NCBI GenBank assembly: GCA_004213235.1
Contig: SHAI01000001.1
Span: 1 to 31,985 of the forward strand
Length of the DNA: 31,985 nt
Direction: 5' to 3'
From: Parvularculaceae bacterium
GTDB taxonomy: Bacteria > Pseudomonadota > Alphaproteobacteria > Caulobacterales > Parvularculaceae
In this document: piece after piece, positions 9,762 through 18,635 of the stretch
Layout of the letters: each line of letters opens with the position of its first letter
How positions within the stretch are numbered: position 1 is the stretch's first letter
The notes under the pieces: generated by a model
What the model saw: the letters and a program-made list of their open reading frames with translations, nothing else
What the model was told of the DNA's origin: nothing
Database searches by the model: none
Translations under genes and position numbers: made by a program

Positions 9762-10163
9762 CTAAGCGTCTTCTGGTGACCATGCCTCATACCCAAGGTC
9801 AATGTCCTTGCCGGCACCAGCTTGCGCCAGCGACCCCTTGGGGTGATAGGCGAGCGGCGTGCCGGTCATATTGGGCAGATGGTCTTTTTCCCAGGTTTGG
9901 CGCTCCAAAGGCGCATCAGTCGGCGGGGTGTCGAATGTATGGTGTAGCCAGCCATGCCAATCGGAAGGCACACGCGAGGCCTCCGCAATGCCGTGATACA
10001 GCACCCAGCGCCGTGTGCGCCCGTCGGATGCGCTCGCAACGGGCTCCTCATAATAGCGATTCCCCTGATCGTCCGTTCCGACCATGACGGCGCGACGCCG
10101 AAATAGCGTGAATGACGTCCCAAATGTGGTACCGTTCCACCAGGTAAACAATTGTTTCAACAT
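9762..10163 (-). CDS. NDUFA12-family protein (complex I subunit/assembly factor-like)
   Basis: MLKQLFTWWNGTTFGT, VGTDDQGNRYY, RRWVLYHGIAEASRVPSDWHGWLH, WEKDHLPNMTGTPLAYHP, YEAWSP. Confidence 0.92.
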   Translation of the reverse strand: MLKQLFTWWNGTTFGTSFTLFRRRAVMVGTDDQGNRYYEEPVASASDGRTRRWVLYHGIAEASRVPSDWHGWLHHTFDTPPTDAPLERQTWEKDHLPNMTGTPLAYHPKGSLAQAGAGKDIDLGYEAWSPEDA

Positions 10164-10182
10164 AGTTTTTGCTTTCAGCACC

Positions 10183-10203
10183 GAATCGGCGCGCAGATGA
10201 TTC
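10183..10203. promoter_or_regulatory. Two GANTC (CcrM-type) sites in YGAKTCG context (CGAATCG 10182-10188; TGATTCG 10198-10204)
   Basis: Both read directly in the divergent NDUFA12/nrdJ spacer. YGAKTCG is the described GcrA-preferred methylated motif in Caulobacter; function here is inferred. Confidence 0.4.
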
Positions 10204-10406
10204 GCGGCGGACTATGGCGCCCGCGCCAGTGGACGTCTAGTCGAAGCCGCCAGATCTGAAAAGTCACTCCGATGCCGACAGCGATGGAAGGTCGCCATTC
10301 CCAAGCGCCAGAACAGTCCTGACGGCTTGAAAACCCGTTGCGAAAGCCGGACAAGATGTCACGCGCCGCAACCAGGGGGCGGGCCTTCGCCCGTAAGCGA
10401 AACGCC

Positions 10407-13400
10407 ATGAAGTTCAACCGATTCTACACCCTTGCCGATAATGATCCCTATGCCGGGATAAAGTTCACCCCGCGGCGAACAGAAATACGCGATGCAAATG
10501 GCCAAATTCTTTTCAGCGCAGAAGACATCCACGCTCCGGACAATTGGAGCCAAACCGCGGTAGATATCCTGGCGCAAAAATATCTGCGCAAAGCTGGCGT
10601 CCCGGCGGTAACAAAACGGGTCAAAGAAAAAGATATCCCGGCCGAACTCCAGCGATCGGTCCCCGACGTCGCCGCGCTCGCCAAATTACCTGCGCAATCC
10701 CGATACGCACCGGAAGTAAATGCACGCCAGGTTTTCGACCGGCTTGCCGGCGCATGGGGTTATTGGGGCTGGAAAGCTGGTCTGTTCGACGGCAAGGCCG
10801 ACGCCATCGCCTTTGTCGACGAGTTGAAATACATGCTCGCCCGCCAGATTGCGGCACCAAACAGCCCGCAATGGTTCAACACCGGATTACACTGGGCGTA
10901 CGGCCTTGAGGGTGATTCAAACGGGCACTTCTATGTCGACCCTGCCGACGGCAGTGTGCGTGAAAGCGCCTCTGCCTATGAGCGCCCGCAGCCCCACGCC
11001 TGTTTCATTCAATCGGTCAAAGACAATCTGGTTGGCGATGCCGGCATTATGGACCTGTGGCAACGCGAAGCCCTGCTGTTCAAATTCGGCTCCGGGGCCG
11101 GTTCAAACTTCTCTGATGTTCGTGGCACCGGAGAGCCTTTGTCCGGCGGCGGCGCCAGCTCCGGCCTATTGAGTTTTCTCAAGGTGGGCGATGCTGCAGC
11201 CGGCGCGATAAAATCAGGGGGGGTTACCCGCCGGGCGGCAAAAATGGTCGTTCTGGATGCTGATCACCCGGACATCGAAGACTTCATTGATTGGAAACCC
11301 AAAGAAGAAGAGAAAGTCGCCGCGCTCGTCGCGGGGTCAAAGATTATTGCCCGGCGATTGCCCGCGATCATGGCGGCATGTTGGTCAATGCCCAATAGGG
11401 ACGGTGCCCAAACAGACCCCAAAACAAATAAACAGCTCGCCCAGGAGATCCGCGCGGCACGTGCCGATTTTGTCCCGGAGGGGGCCATCCAGCGCACACT
11501 TGATTTAGCGCGCCAGGGCATGAAGGACATGAAGGTCGACGTTTTTGACGTGGACTGGGACAGTGAAGCGTATCGCAGCGTGAGCGGCCAGAACGCGAAT
11601 AACTCCATTCGGATAGGTGATGATTTTTTCGCCGCCCTTACCGCCGATAAAGCCTGGCCGCTGATTGGCCGCGTCACCGGTAAACCCGTAAAGAACGTCA
11701 AGGCGCGCGACATCTGGCAAAAACTGAACGAAGCGGCATGGCGGTGTGCCGACCCCGGCCTGCAATACCGTGATACCATCAATGCCTGGCATACCTGCGC
11801 GGCCGACGGCGAGATACGCGCCTCAAATCCGTGTTCAGAATATCTCTTCCTCGACGATACGGCCTGCAACCTGGCGTCAATCAACCTCGTTAAGTTCAAA
11901 ACGGGCGAAGATTTCGACGTCGCCAGTTTCACCCATGCCTGCCGGCTGTGGACCTGTGTCCTGGAAATCTCCGTTACCATGGCGCAATATCCGTCAGCTG
12001 AAATCGCCAAGCGAAGTTTCGACTATCGCACTTTAGGGCTCGGATTTGCTAATCTCGGTGCCTTGATGATGATGTCGGGATATGGCTATGACAGCCGCGA
12101 AGCCAGGGCAATTGCCGCCGCTATCAGCTCCTTGATGACCGGGTGCGCCTATCGCGCATCGGCGGAAATGGCCACCGCGCTCGGTGTTTTCCCCGCATTC
12201 AAGCGCAATCGCGACACCATGCTGCGGGTGATGCGCAACCATCGTCGCGCCGCACTCGATCCGCAAGCGGATGCATTCGAGGGGCTGAACAAACAACCCG
12301 TCACCTTCGATCACGCAGCCTGCCCGTGGGAAGCTCTTGCAAACCGCGCCCGGAAAATCTGGGATGATGTTGTCGAATTAGGTGCAATCAGCGGGTTCCG
12401 GAACGCCCAGACAACAGCGATCGCCCCGACGGGCACAATCGGTCTGGTGATGGATTGTGACACCACGGGGATTGAACCTGACTTTGCGCTGGTGAAGTTC
12501 AAAAAGCTCGCAGGCGGCGGGCTTGTCAAAATTATCAATCGTTCAGTACCGGACGCGCTGGCCGCGCTTGGCTATGACAAGGCACGATCGGATAAAATCA
12601 TCCACTATGCGGTCGGTCATGGCACCTTGCGAAATGCACCATTGATCAATCACGAAACCCTGCGCGCCGAAGGATTTCTGGATCGCCATCTGACCGCCCT
12701 GGAAGAACGCCTGAAATCTGCATTCGATCTAACATTCGCCTTTGCGCCAGCAGCTTTGGGCGAGGATTTTTGCCGGAATGTTCTGCGGTTTGATGATCAC
12801 CAGATGATGGCGAGCGGCTATGACGTCCTGCGCGACCTCGGGTATTCTGATGAGGACATTCACGTTGCGAATTTATATGTCTGCGGGGCGATGACGCTGG
12901 AAGGTGCACCGCATCTGCGCGGGGAACATTTGGCAGTTTTTGACTGCGCGGTTCCATGCGGGCGCATTGGCGAACGCGCCCTCTCCATTGCCGCGCATCT
13001 GGAAATGATGGCTTCTTGCCAACCGTTTATTTCCGGTGGCATCTCGAAGACCGTCAACCTGCCAGCCTCGGCAACGATCGCGGATACGGGGCGCACCTAT
13101 CTTCGTGCCTGGGAGCTGGGGCTGAAATCCATTGCGCTTTACCGCGACGGGTCAAAACTTTCTCAACCCCTGGCCAGTCTGTTTCTCGGCAGCGAAACAA
13201 GCGACGATCATGACGAAATCACCATTGCAGAGGACCTGGAAGCGGCACCATCAGCGGAACGTTCGCGGATCGTTGCGGAACGGATTGTTGAGCGGATCAT
13301 TGAGCGCACGCCGGGCAGACGGCGCTTACCCGACCGGCGCAAGGGCTATATCCAGAAGGCCATTGTTGGTGGGCACAAGGTCTACCTGCACACAGGCGAA

Positions 13401-14144
13401 TTTGACGATGGCGAGCTTGGTGAAATCTTCGTCGACATGCACAAGGAAGGTGCCGCTTTCCGAAGCCTGATGAATAATTTCGCCATCGCCATATCTCTTG
13501 GTCTTCAATACGGCGTCCCGCTGGAAGAATTTGTCGACGCTTATGTCTTCACGCGATTTGATCCCTCAGGGCCAGTTGAAGGCAATGACCAAATCAAACA
13601 TGCAACTTCCATTATTGACTATATATTCCGTGAACTGGCGATTTCCTATCTGGGGCGCTCAGACCTTGCGCACGCAGATTCTGAAGATTCCAAAGTTGAC
13701 GCAATCGGGCGTGGGGTCAGCGATGAAAAAGCACAGGCAGAAGCGGCCCGCTTGATTTCAAAAGGGTTCAGCCGCTCAACGGTGGCTGATAATCTTGTGG
13801 TTTTACGTGGTGGAGATTTTGATCGCTTCCGCGCTGCCAACACGACAGATGAGCCTTCAGAAGAGGACGCAGAAGAGCCGGATATCATTGATGCCGACGC
13901 GGCGGTAATCGAGGAACCAGGTGACGACCCGGAAGGGATAGAGCGCCAGATTGCGCGGCTGTCCGAAGCGGTCAAACAAAAAGCACATCGAGGCAGTCTT
14001 GCTTCACCCATGGGTGAAGCACGCCAGGCCAAGGCGAAAGGCTATGAAGGTGACGCTTGCCCCGCATGCGGACAGTTTACATTAATGCGCAATGGCACCT
14101 GTCTGCGGTGCGATAGCTGCGGGCATTCATCGGGCTGCGCATAG
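10407..14144 (+). CDS. nrdJ: Class II (adenosylcobalamin-dependent) ribonucleotide reductase with C-terminal TSCPD and Zn-finger-like region
   Basis: [67 protein letters not shown]-terminal CPACG...CDSCG. Start set at ATG 10407. Confidence 0.97.
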   Translation: MKFNRFYTLADNDPYAGIKFTPRRTEIRDANGQILFSAEDIHAPDNWSQTAVDILAQKYLRKAGVPAVTKRVKEKDIPAELQRSVPDVAALAKLPAQSRYAPEVNARQVFDRLAGAWGYWGWKAGLFDGKADAIAFVDELKYMLARQIAAPNSPQWFNTGLHWAYGLEGDSNGHFYVDPADGSVRESASAYERPQPHACFIQSVKDNLVGDAGIMDLWQREALLFKFGSGAGSNFSDVRGTGEPLSGGGASSGLLSFLKVGDAAAGAIKSGGVTRRAAKMVVLDADHPDIEDFIDWKPKEEEKVAALVAGSKIIARRLPAIMAACWSMPNRDGAQTDPKTNKQLAQEIRAARADFVPEGAIQRTLDLARQGMKDMKVDVFDVDWDSEAYRSVSGQNANNSIRIGDDFFAALTADKAWPLIGRVTGKPVKNVKARDIWQKLNEAAWRCADPGLQYRDTINAWHTCAADGEIRASNPCSEYLFLDDTACNLASINLVKFKTGEDFDVASFTHACRLWTCVLEISVTMAQYPSAEIAKRSFDYRTLGLGFANLGALMMMSGYGYDSREARAIAAAISSLMTGCAYRASAEMATALGVFPAFKRNRDTMLRVMRNHRRAALDPQADAFEGLNKQPVTFDHAACPWEALANRARKIWDDVVELGAISGFRNAQTTAIAPTGTIGLVMDCDTTGIEPDFALVKFKKLAGGGLVKIINRSVPDALAALGYDKARSDKIIHYAVGHGTLRNAPLINHETLRAEGFLDRHLTALEERLKSAFDLTFAFAPAALGEDFCRNVLRFDDHQMMASGYDVLRDLGYSDEDIHVANLYVCGAMTLEGAPHLRGEHLAVFDCAVPCGRIGERALSIAAHLEMMASCQPFISGGISKTVNLPASATIADTGRTYLRAWELGLKSIALYRDGSKLSQPLASLFLGSETSDDHDEITIAEDLEAAPSAERSRIVAERIVERIIERTPGRRRLPDRRKGYIQKAIVGGHKVYLHTGEFDDGELGEIFVDMHKEGAAFRSLMNNFAIAISLGLQYGVPLEEFVDAYVFTRFDPSGPVEGNDQIKHATSIIDYIFRELAISYLGRSDLAHADSEDSKVDAIGRGVSDEKAQAEAARLISKGFSRSTVADNLVVLRGGDFDRFRAANTTDEPSEEDAEEPDIIDADAAVIEEPGDDPEGIERQIARLSEAVKQKAHRGSLASPMGEARQAKAKGYEGDACPACGQFTLMRNGTCLRCDSCGHSSGCA

Positions 14145-14182
14145 AAAATTCAAGTTAATATAGTCACTATAAAGACAAACAA

Positions 14183-15070
14183 CTAGCGCAATGTACCGCT
14201 CAGTTTTGTTGGGTCAATCGCTTCCAGAACCATCAAGGCAAGGGGCGATACTGGCGATTTACCACCGAATTGGCGTAAGAACTCATCAACCCGCGCCGCA
14301 GAGCTATTGATCTGGCCCGCCCTGTTTTGCACATATTTTACAGGCGCCGACGGTGCCAATGGCGCAGCGGACTGGACGCGACGTGTTGGGAAAGGCCCGC
14401 CATTCACAGGCGGGGTTGATGTATTCGGCGCTGCGGCCAACGCCCGGTCACGCGCAGCATTAGCAACACCAATGGTTTTGCGAAAACTGTCTACAACCTC
14501 CGCAACACTCTTCGATCGATCACCGTCATAGAATACATTATGGTTGGCGCGCGCCGCAGCGGGCACGAGATCAGCAGCAGGTGTTGATTGCGGTGCGGAC
14601 AAAAGTTTGACCGCACCGGACGGTCCTAAAAAATGCGCCGCGTAAAGCTCTGGTCCGGAAACATCGCGACCAAGACGTTTTTCCAGGGACCCTTTGTTCT
14701 CCATCGCCAGTTCACCCGCCATGAGAGAGGCTTTATCCGGATCTTTTCGCAGATTCAGAATTTCAGCTCTCGCAGCGGCATCAGCAACCTGAAACCGGCC
14801 ATCGGCCCCGCGGGAAATCTGAGCAGCTTCCTTGGCCAGTCCATGTTCCGCACCAAAGTTTTTTACCGCGCCAAGCCAGGTTTGTTCAATAAACTGAAAC
14901 AGCCCCGTCGCCGAGGATGTTTTGGCTTTCGCGTCCGGGTTCAGCGAGCTTTCCCGCGCCGCGACTTTATAAAGATATTGAAAATCTGCACCTGTCTTGC
15001 TTGCAGCCGTTTGCAATGCGCTGGAAACGCGCAATGGCGGTGCTTGAAGACCCGAAATTGACGAAGGCAT
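14183..15070 (-). CDS. Lytic transglycosylase (SLT-like domain) with no recognisable signal peptide
   Basis: VAARESSLNPDAKAKTSSATGLFQFIEQTWL (catalytic Glu and GLFQ motif), ELYAAHFLGPSGA, AARANHNVFY. Confidence 0.88.
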   Translation of the reverse strand: MPSSISGLQAPPLRVSSALQTAASKTGADFQYLYKVAARESSLNPDAKAKTSSATGLFQFIEQTWLGAVKNFGAEHGLAKEAAQISRGADGRFQVADAAARAEILNLRKDPDKASLMAGELAMENKGSLEKRLGRDVSGPELYAAHFLGPSGAVKLLSAPQSTPAADLVPAAARANHNVFYDGDRSKSVAEVVDSFRKTIGVANAARDRALAAAPNTSTPPVNGGPFPTRRVQSAAPLAPSAPVKYVQNRAGQINSSAARVDEFLRQFGGKSPVSPLALMVLEAIDPTKLSGTLR

Positions 15071-15131
15071 ATTGCGGCAGCCTGGTTAAGCGATTTTCAC
15101 CTTAAATTGACGCATGAATGTCAACACTTTG

Positions 15132-16319
15132 CTAACCCACCGCCCGCGCAAGGGTTTTCGGCACAGCAAAACGTGCCGGTGCAAATGCTTCTGGCCAGTG
15201 GATATCGGAACTATTCGCCCCGTCAGCGGCCAACTGCGCCATTGCTGGTGCCAACAACACACCATTTCGGTAGCCACCAAGGGCATATATGATCCGTCTA
15301 TCGTGGGCGAACGCTGGCCCTAAAATGGGGGCATTATCTGGTGTACCAGGGCGCAGGCCCGCCCAGCGGCCACATTCCGCAATACCCTCAAGGCAAGGAG
15401 CCACTTTTTCGGCATGGGCGCGTAGCCCATCAACTGCCTTTTGGTCGACACTGATATTGTGCCTGTCTTCCAGCTGCGTTGCACCAACCACCACACGGCC
15501 ATCGGCCTTGGGGCATAGATATGCCCCCGGCGCACGCACCACGAACGGCAAGGGGCCAGCAAGTGCCGACAGGGAAAGGGCCATTGCCTCCCCCTTCACA
15601 GGCCGGACAGGTGCCGGCAAGGCGGCCTCCCCCCTCAAGGATTTTAAGGTGAGATTGCGCGCGCCCGTTGCGATAATGGCGCGATCCGCCAGAACAGGTG
15701 CCGGCTCGCTTGCCAGCATCACTTCAACCCCCGCCCCGGAATGCTGAACTGCAGTGACGATACCGGTAACAATACGCCCGCCAAAACGGGTTATCGCATT
15801 CGTTAGCGCATCGATCACGCGAACGGGATCAACCTGGCCTTCCCCGGCGGCAAACAAGCCCCCGACAATGGCAGGCGAGATCCCGGGCGCAGCGGCCCGA
15901 ACCTCGTCGGCTGACAGTAATTCCACTTTTGCACCGACATCTGCCATGGCGCGATAACGCAGCCTTAGCTGGTCAAGGTCCCTGCCATCGAATGCAATCC
16001 CGAGTATCCCGCCGGACTGCAGGTCAATTGACGTGTCGGCTACCTCCTCAAGCTCGGCGGCGAATTCAGGCCATTGCGCAAGGCTCTGGCGGCTAAAGTC
16101 TCCAAGGGCTTTCTCCACGGGGGACACGCTGGCCGTCGGTGGTATCTCGTCCGGCCCCAACTCGAAGGATGGTGCCAGCATTCCCGCCGCGGCAAGACTT
16201 GCTCGCGGTGCAGCCGAACGTCCGTCGAGAACCAAAACCCGTTCCCCGCGCCGCACCAGCGCCCATGCCGCGGAAAGGCCGGCAACACCACCGCCAATGA
16301 CTATCGTGGAAAATGACAA
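15132..16319 (-). CDS. thiO: Glycine oxidase ThiO (FAD-dependent, DAO family)
   Basis: VIGGGVAGLSAAW dinucleotide-binding motif, ASLAAAGMLAP, EGQVDP, VRPVKGE, WAGLRPGTPDNAPILG, YRNGVLLAP; thiS/thiG lie in the same window. TTG start at 16319. Confidence 0.8.
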   Translation of the reverse strand: MSFSTIVIGGGVAGLSAAWALVRRGERVLVLDGRSAAPRASLAAAGMLAPSFELGPDEIPPTASVSPVEKALGDFSRQSLAQWPEFAAELEEVADTSIDLQSGGILGIAFDGRDLDQLRLRYRAMADVGAKVELLSADEVRAAAPGISPAIVGGLFAAGEGQVDPVRVIDALTNAITRFGGRIVTGIVTAVQHSGAGVEVMLASEPAPVLADRAIIATGARNLTLKSLRGEAALPAPVRPVKGEAMALSLSALAGPLPFVVRAPGAYLCPKADGRVVVGATQLEDRHNISVDQKAVDGLRAHAEKVAPCLEGIAECGRWAGLRPGTPDNAPILGPAFAHDRRIIYALGGYRNGVLLAPAMAQLAADGANSSDIHWPEAFAPARFAVPKTLARAVG

Positions 16320-16374
16320 AACAGCACCACCCTCACCTCACCAAAGAAGCATTATATTCCGCGCAAGCGCCTTG

Positions 16375-16974
16375 TCATACATCCTCCACCGGTTCGAGGC
16401 GAGCGGCGCTATCAGGCATGGAAACAGGCGACATCATCCTGGTTTTTTCCCGGGACCCAACAGACGATCCGAAGAAATAATTCACGACCGCGGCGGTCAT
16501 GGTCGCCAGGGCACCGAGCATAATCGAAAATTCCGTTTCCGCCCCGGCGGGCAATCGGCGCGTGACCATTGCTGCCAGGACCACGAAGAAACCGCCAATA
16601 ATCAAACCGCCGAGGATGGAGGGCGTCAGATCATCCATTTTCACCTGGCGATCGCGGGCATTTGCGCGATCCCCAGCCGCGATTTCCTGTTCAATCAAAT
16701 TTGCTTGACGCAAGGCAAGACGAAACTCGTGTTCCGCACGCATCAAGGCTTCGCGCTCTTTCGGGTTAGCCCCTTCCAATACATCCGCCAGCATTGCCTC
16801 GTCAGCATCATCAATGCCGAAGATCGCACGCGACAGTGCCCCAACCGCGGCGCCAGCCAATGGTCCACCCAGGGCATGGGCAATTTGAGGCGCAACGCCT
16901 GCCACCGCGCGCTTGAGGCGCCCACGTTTTTCTGCCCCGGCATTCGATGGGCGTTCCGCGATTTTTTTCACCAT
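16375..16974 (-). CDS. Phage-type holin-like membrane protein (3TM-holin-like), orphan
   Basis: VAPQIAHALGGPLAGAAVG N-terminal Gly-rich helix, DRANARDRQ, two C-terminal hydrophobic helices ending VNYFFGSSVGSREK. This pattern resembles small phage lysis-region proteins. ATG 16974 has an upstream GAAAGG. Confidence 0.6.
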   Translation of the reverse strand: MVKKIAERPSNAGAEKRGRLKRAVAGVAPQIAHALGGPLAGAAVGALSRAIFGIDDADEAMLADVLEGANPKEREALMRAEHEFRLALRQANLIEQEIAAGDRANARDRQVKMDDLTPSILGGLIIGGFFVVLAAMVTRRLPAGAETEFSIMLGALATMTAAVVNYFFGSSVGSREKTRMMSPVSMPDSAARLEPVEDV

Positions 16975-17045
16975 TGCAACCCTTTCCGCCGTCCTATCAA
17001 ATACGGCACTTGCGCACGCCGCCACTTTATGGGGGACCAGACCGG

Positions 17046-17118
17046 TGTTCGATAAGTCTGACAGAAATCACCGACAAAACCCCGCACACAAACGGGTGTA
17101 GCTGTTCGATAAGTTTTC
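17046..17118. repeat. Direct repeat TGTTCGATAAGT x2 (17046-17057, 17103-17114); second copy extends to GTTC-N7-TTTC
   Basis: Read directly in the divergent holin-like/antiporter spacer. Confidence 0.75.
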
Positions 17119-17256
17119 TTCGAAAAGGCAGGGCAAACGCCACTTACTGCGCGCACCGCGGAATTTTCCCCAATTAATTGCACGAATATGCCGTATACAC
17201 CGGTTGCGCGGAACACCGGATCAACTCAGCATAGGGATTCAATCTTGCGTGCCCTG

Positions 17257-17301
17257 CCAATAGCATTCGTTACCAATGGCATCACCCGCCAATGGCATCA
17301 C
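17257..17301 (+). repeat. Three CCAAT(A/G)GCAT units at 16 bp period
   Basis: ccaatagcat at 17257, ccaatggcatcac at 17273 and at 17289. Confidence 0.8.
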
Positions 17302-17357
17302 GCTGCGTATCGGGTCGCGCCCGTGGCGTTTTCTTCACGGTTGCGACTGGAGAGACA

Positions 17358-18593
17358 ATGACTTTTGAAACGATTCTCACCCATGCGGTGCCTGTAATGG
17401 TTCTGCTTGGCGTTATTCTCGCCGCACAGCGCAAGTTTGGCCGGCCAGTGGCCAAACGGCCTGCCCTCGTGCTTGCGCTCGGTCTATTTTTTGGGCTCGC
17501 AATCCGTGCGGCAAAAGTAGATGTCATGCCGCCCGACATGGCCGCTTTATTCGCCAGCGCCGGCCTCGGCCTTTTTGGATTTGCCTCGGCCGCGCAGATC
17601 CGGGTATCGCGCCTTGCCGCGACCTGCCCGGAATCTTTAGCCCTGACGACCCGTGCAGCGCCGTTATTTTTTGTGATCTGTACGTTAACGACCTTCATCA
17701 TGCTACCCAGCATCGGGATGGCGGTCGCCGCCCTCATCTCAGCTGCATTGATGCTAAACGGTGCCGCGTTTGACCGCGCGGCCATTTCAGGTGCGCCAAC
17801 CCCGCGTGCCGTAAAACGCATCGTCAAACTAGAGGGTGCAGCAGTTGTTGTCCTTGGTGTTCCTGTCGCGGTCTTCGCCGCCGCGATAGCCGCCACCCCC
17901 GGCATGGGTGAACCCGCTGCAGGTCCATTACTGTCTGCAAGTTTTGGCGTTTTCAAAGGATTTCTTTTCGGCGGTGCATTTGGTCTGGCAAGCGGCTTGC
18001 TCGGTACTTTCCTCAGAAAAACTGTCAAACGTCGCCGTGCCGACATGTATGTTGCACCGATTGCAGCGGCAGCATCATTCGGGCTTTCTCCGGCAATCGG
18101 CGCTGACCCAATTGTCGCCGCAACGGCGGCGGGCCTGTTATGGGGTGAACAGACAAAAGGTGCAGCAGCGACGCGCACGCAACTCAACCTGCTGGCTGAA
18201 CGGCTGATTTGCCCAACCACCTATTTCTGGTTCGGCGCACTGGTTCTACCCCGCATATTCAGCGCGGAATTATTGCCGGTGCTGCTTGCGGTATCCGCGG
18301 TCACGATCCTGCGCGCAGGCCCACGTCTGGCAATTCTGCAGCGGACAAAATTACCGCCGGAATCACAACGCTTTCTCGCCTGGTATGGCGGCGCACCAGG
18401 GGCCGGTACCGCCTTGTTTTTAATGACCCTGATCGGAAACCCGGCAATCTCCGACATTGATACCATTTTAAATGTCGGGGCTTTGTGTGTCGGTGCCGGC
18501 GTCATCATCGCGCGCGGATCATCGAAACCTCTGATCAGCGAACTACTGCGTCAAACCGCAAATGCGCGCCGCCGCCGGGCGTACACCGAGTAA
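17358..18593 (+). CDS. Cation:proton antiporter (CPA1/NhaP-like) fold protein with degenerate transport motifs
   Basis: Roughly 11-13 hydrophobic segments in CPA1 order. Segments LMLNGAAF, VKLEGAAVVVLGVP, AATAAGLLWG, TILRAGP and RFLAWYGGAPG align by eye to LAPTDAAL, LNVESGLNDGLALP, AAFVAGLAFG, TVVRMLP and FLGWFGPRG. ATG 17358 follows GGAGA. Confidence 0.75.
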   Translation: MTFETILTHAVPVMVLLGVILAAQRKFGRPVAKRPALVLALGLFFGLAIRAAKVDVMPPDMAALFASAGLGLFGFASAAQIRVSRLAATCPESLALTTRAAPLFFVICTLTTFIMLPSIGMAVAALISAALMLNGAAFDRAAISGAPTPRAVKRIVKLEGAAVVVLGVPVAVFAAAIAATPGMGEPAAGPLLSASFGVFKGFLFGGAFGLASGLLGTFLRKTVKRRRADMYVAPIAAAASFGLSPAIGADPIVAATAAGLLWGEQTKGAAATRTQLNLLAERLICPTTYFWFGALVLPRIFSAELLPVLLAVSAVTILRAGPRLAILQRTKLPPESQRFLAWYGGAPGAGTALFLMTLIGNPAISDIDTILNVGALCVGAGVIIARGSSKPLISELLRQTANARRRRAYTE

Positions 18594-18635
18594 CATAGAT
18601 CCGGGATTCGATATCATCCTGCCCAAAACCGGGCG

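Noticed and set aside
10200-10406. Cobalamin riboswitch or NrdR box upstream of nrdJ (GGACAAGATGTCACGC at 10349-10364)
   Set aside because: No B12-box or GGGAA/GCCACTG cores seen; the NrdR-like string matches only about half of the consensus and has no second copy.
10407-14144. Intein or other insertion in the long NrdJ
   Set aside because: Catalytic motifs are spaced normally, no intein splice junction or LAGLIDADG motif was seen, and the length is explained by the TSCPD and Zn-finger tail.
14134-14161. dif-like sequence GCTGCGCATAG-AAAAT-TCAAGTTAATA resembling E. coli dif
   Set aside because: The XerC-like arm (9/11) is simply nrdJ's last codons, and the XerD-like arm matches (7/11) only with a 5 nt spacer; the obligatory 6 nt spacer gives a poor match.
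16033-17055. 340 aa plus-strand ORF
   Set aside because: Antisense shadow of thiO and the holin-like gene, with no recognisable motifs.
17293-17308. Sigma54-like TGGCA...TGC upstream of the antiporter
   Set aside because: GG-to-GC spacing is one base short of the invariant -24/-12 spacing.
17282-18220. 312 aa minus-strand ORF, and similar long antisense ORFs (1522..2217, 1724..2449, 5112..5762, 11264..12010, 21923..22702)
   Set aside because: GC-rich antisense shadows of well-supported genes; composition mirrors the sense codons.
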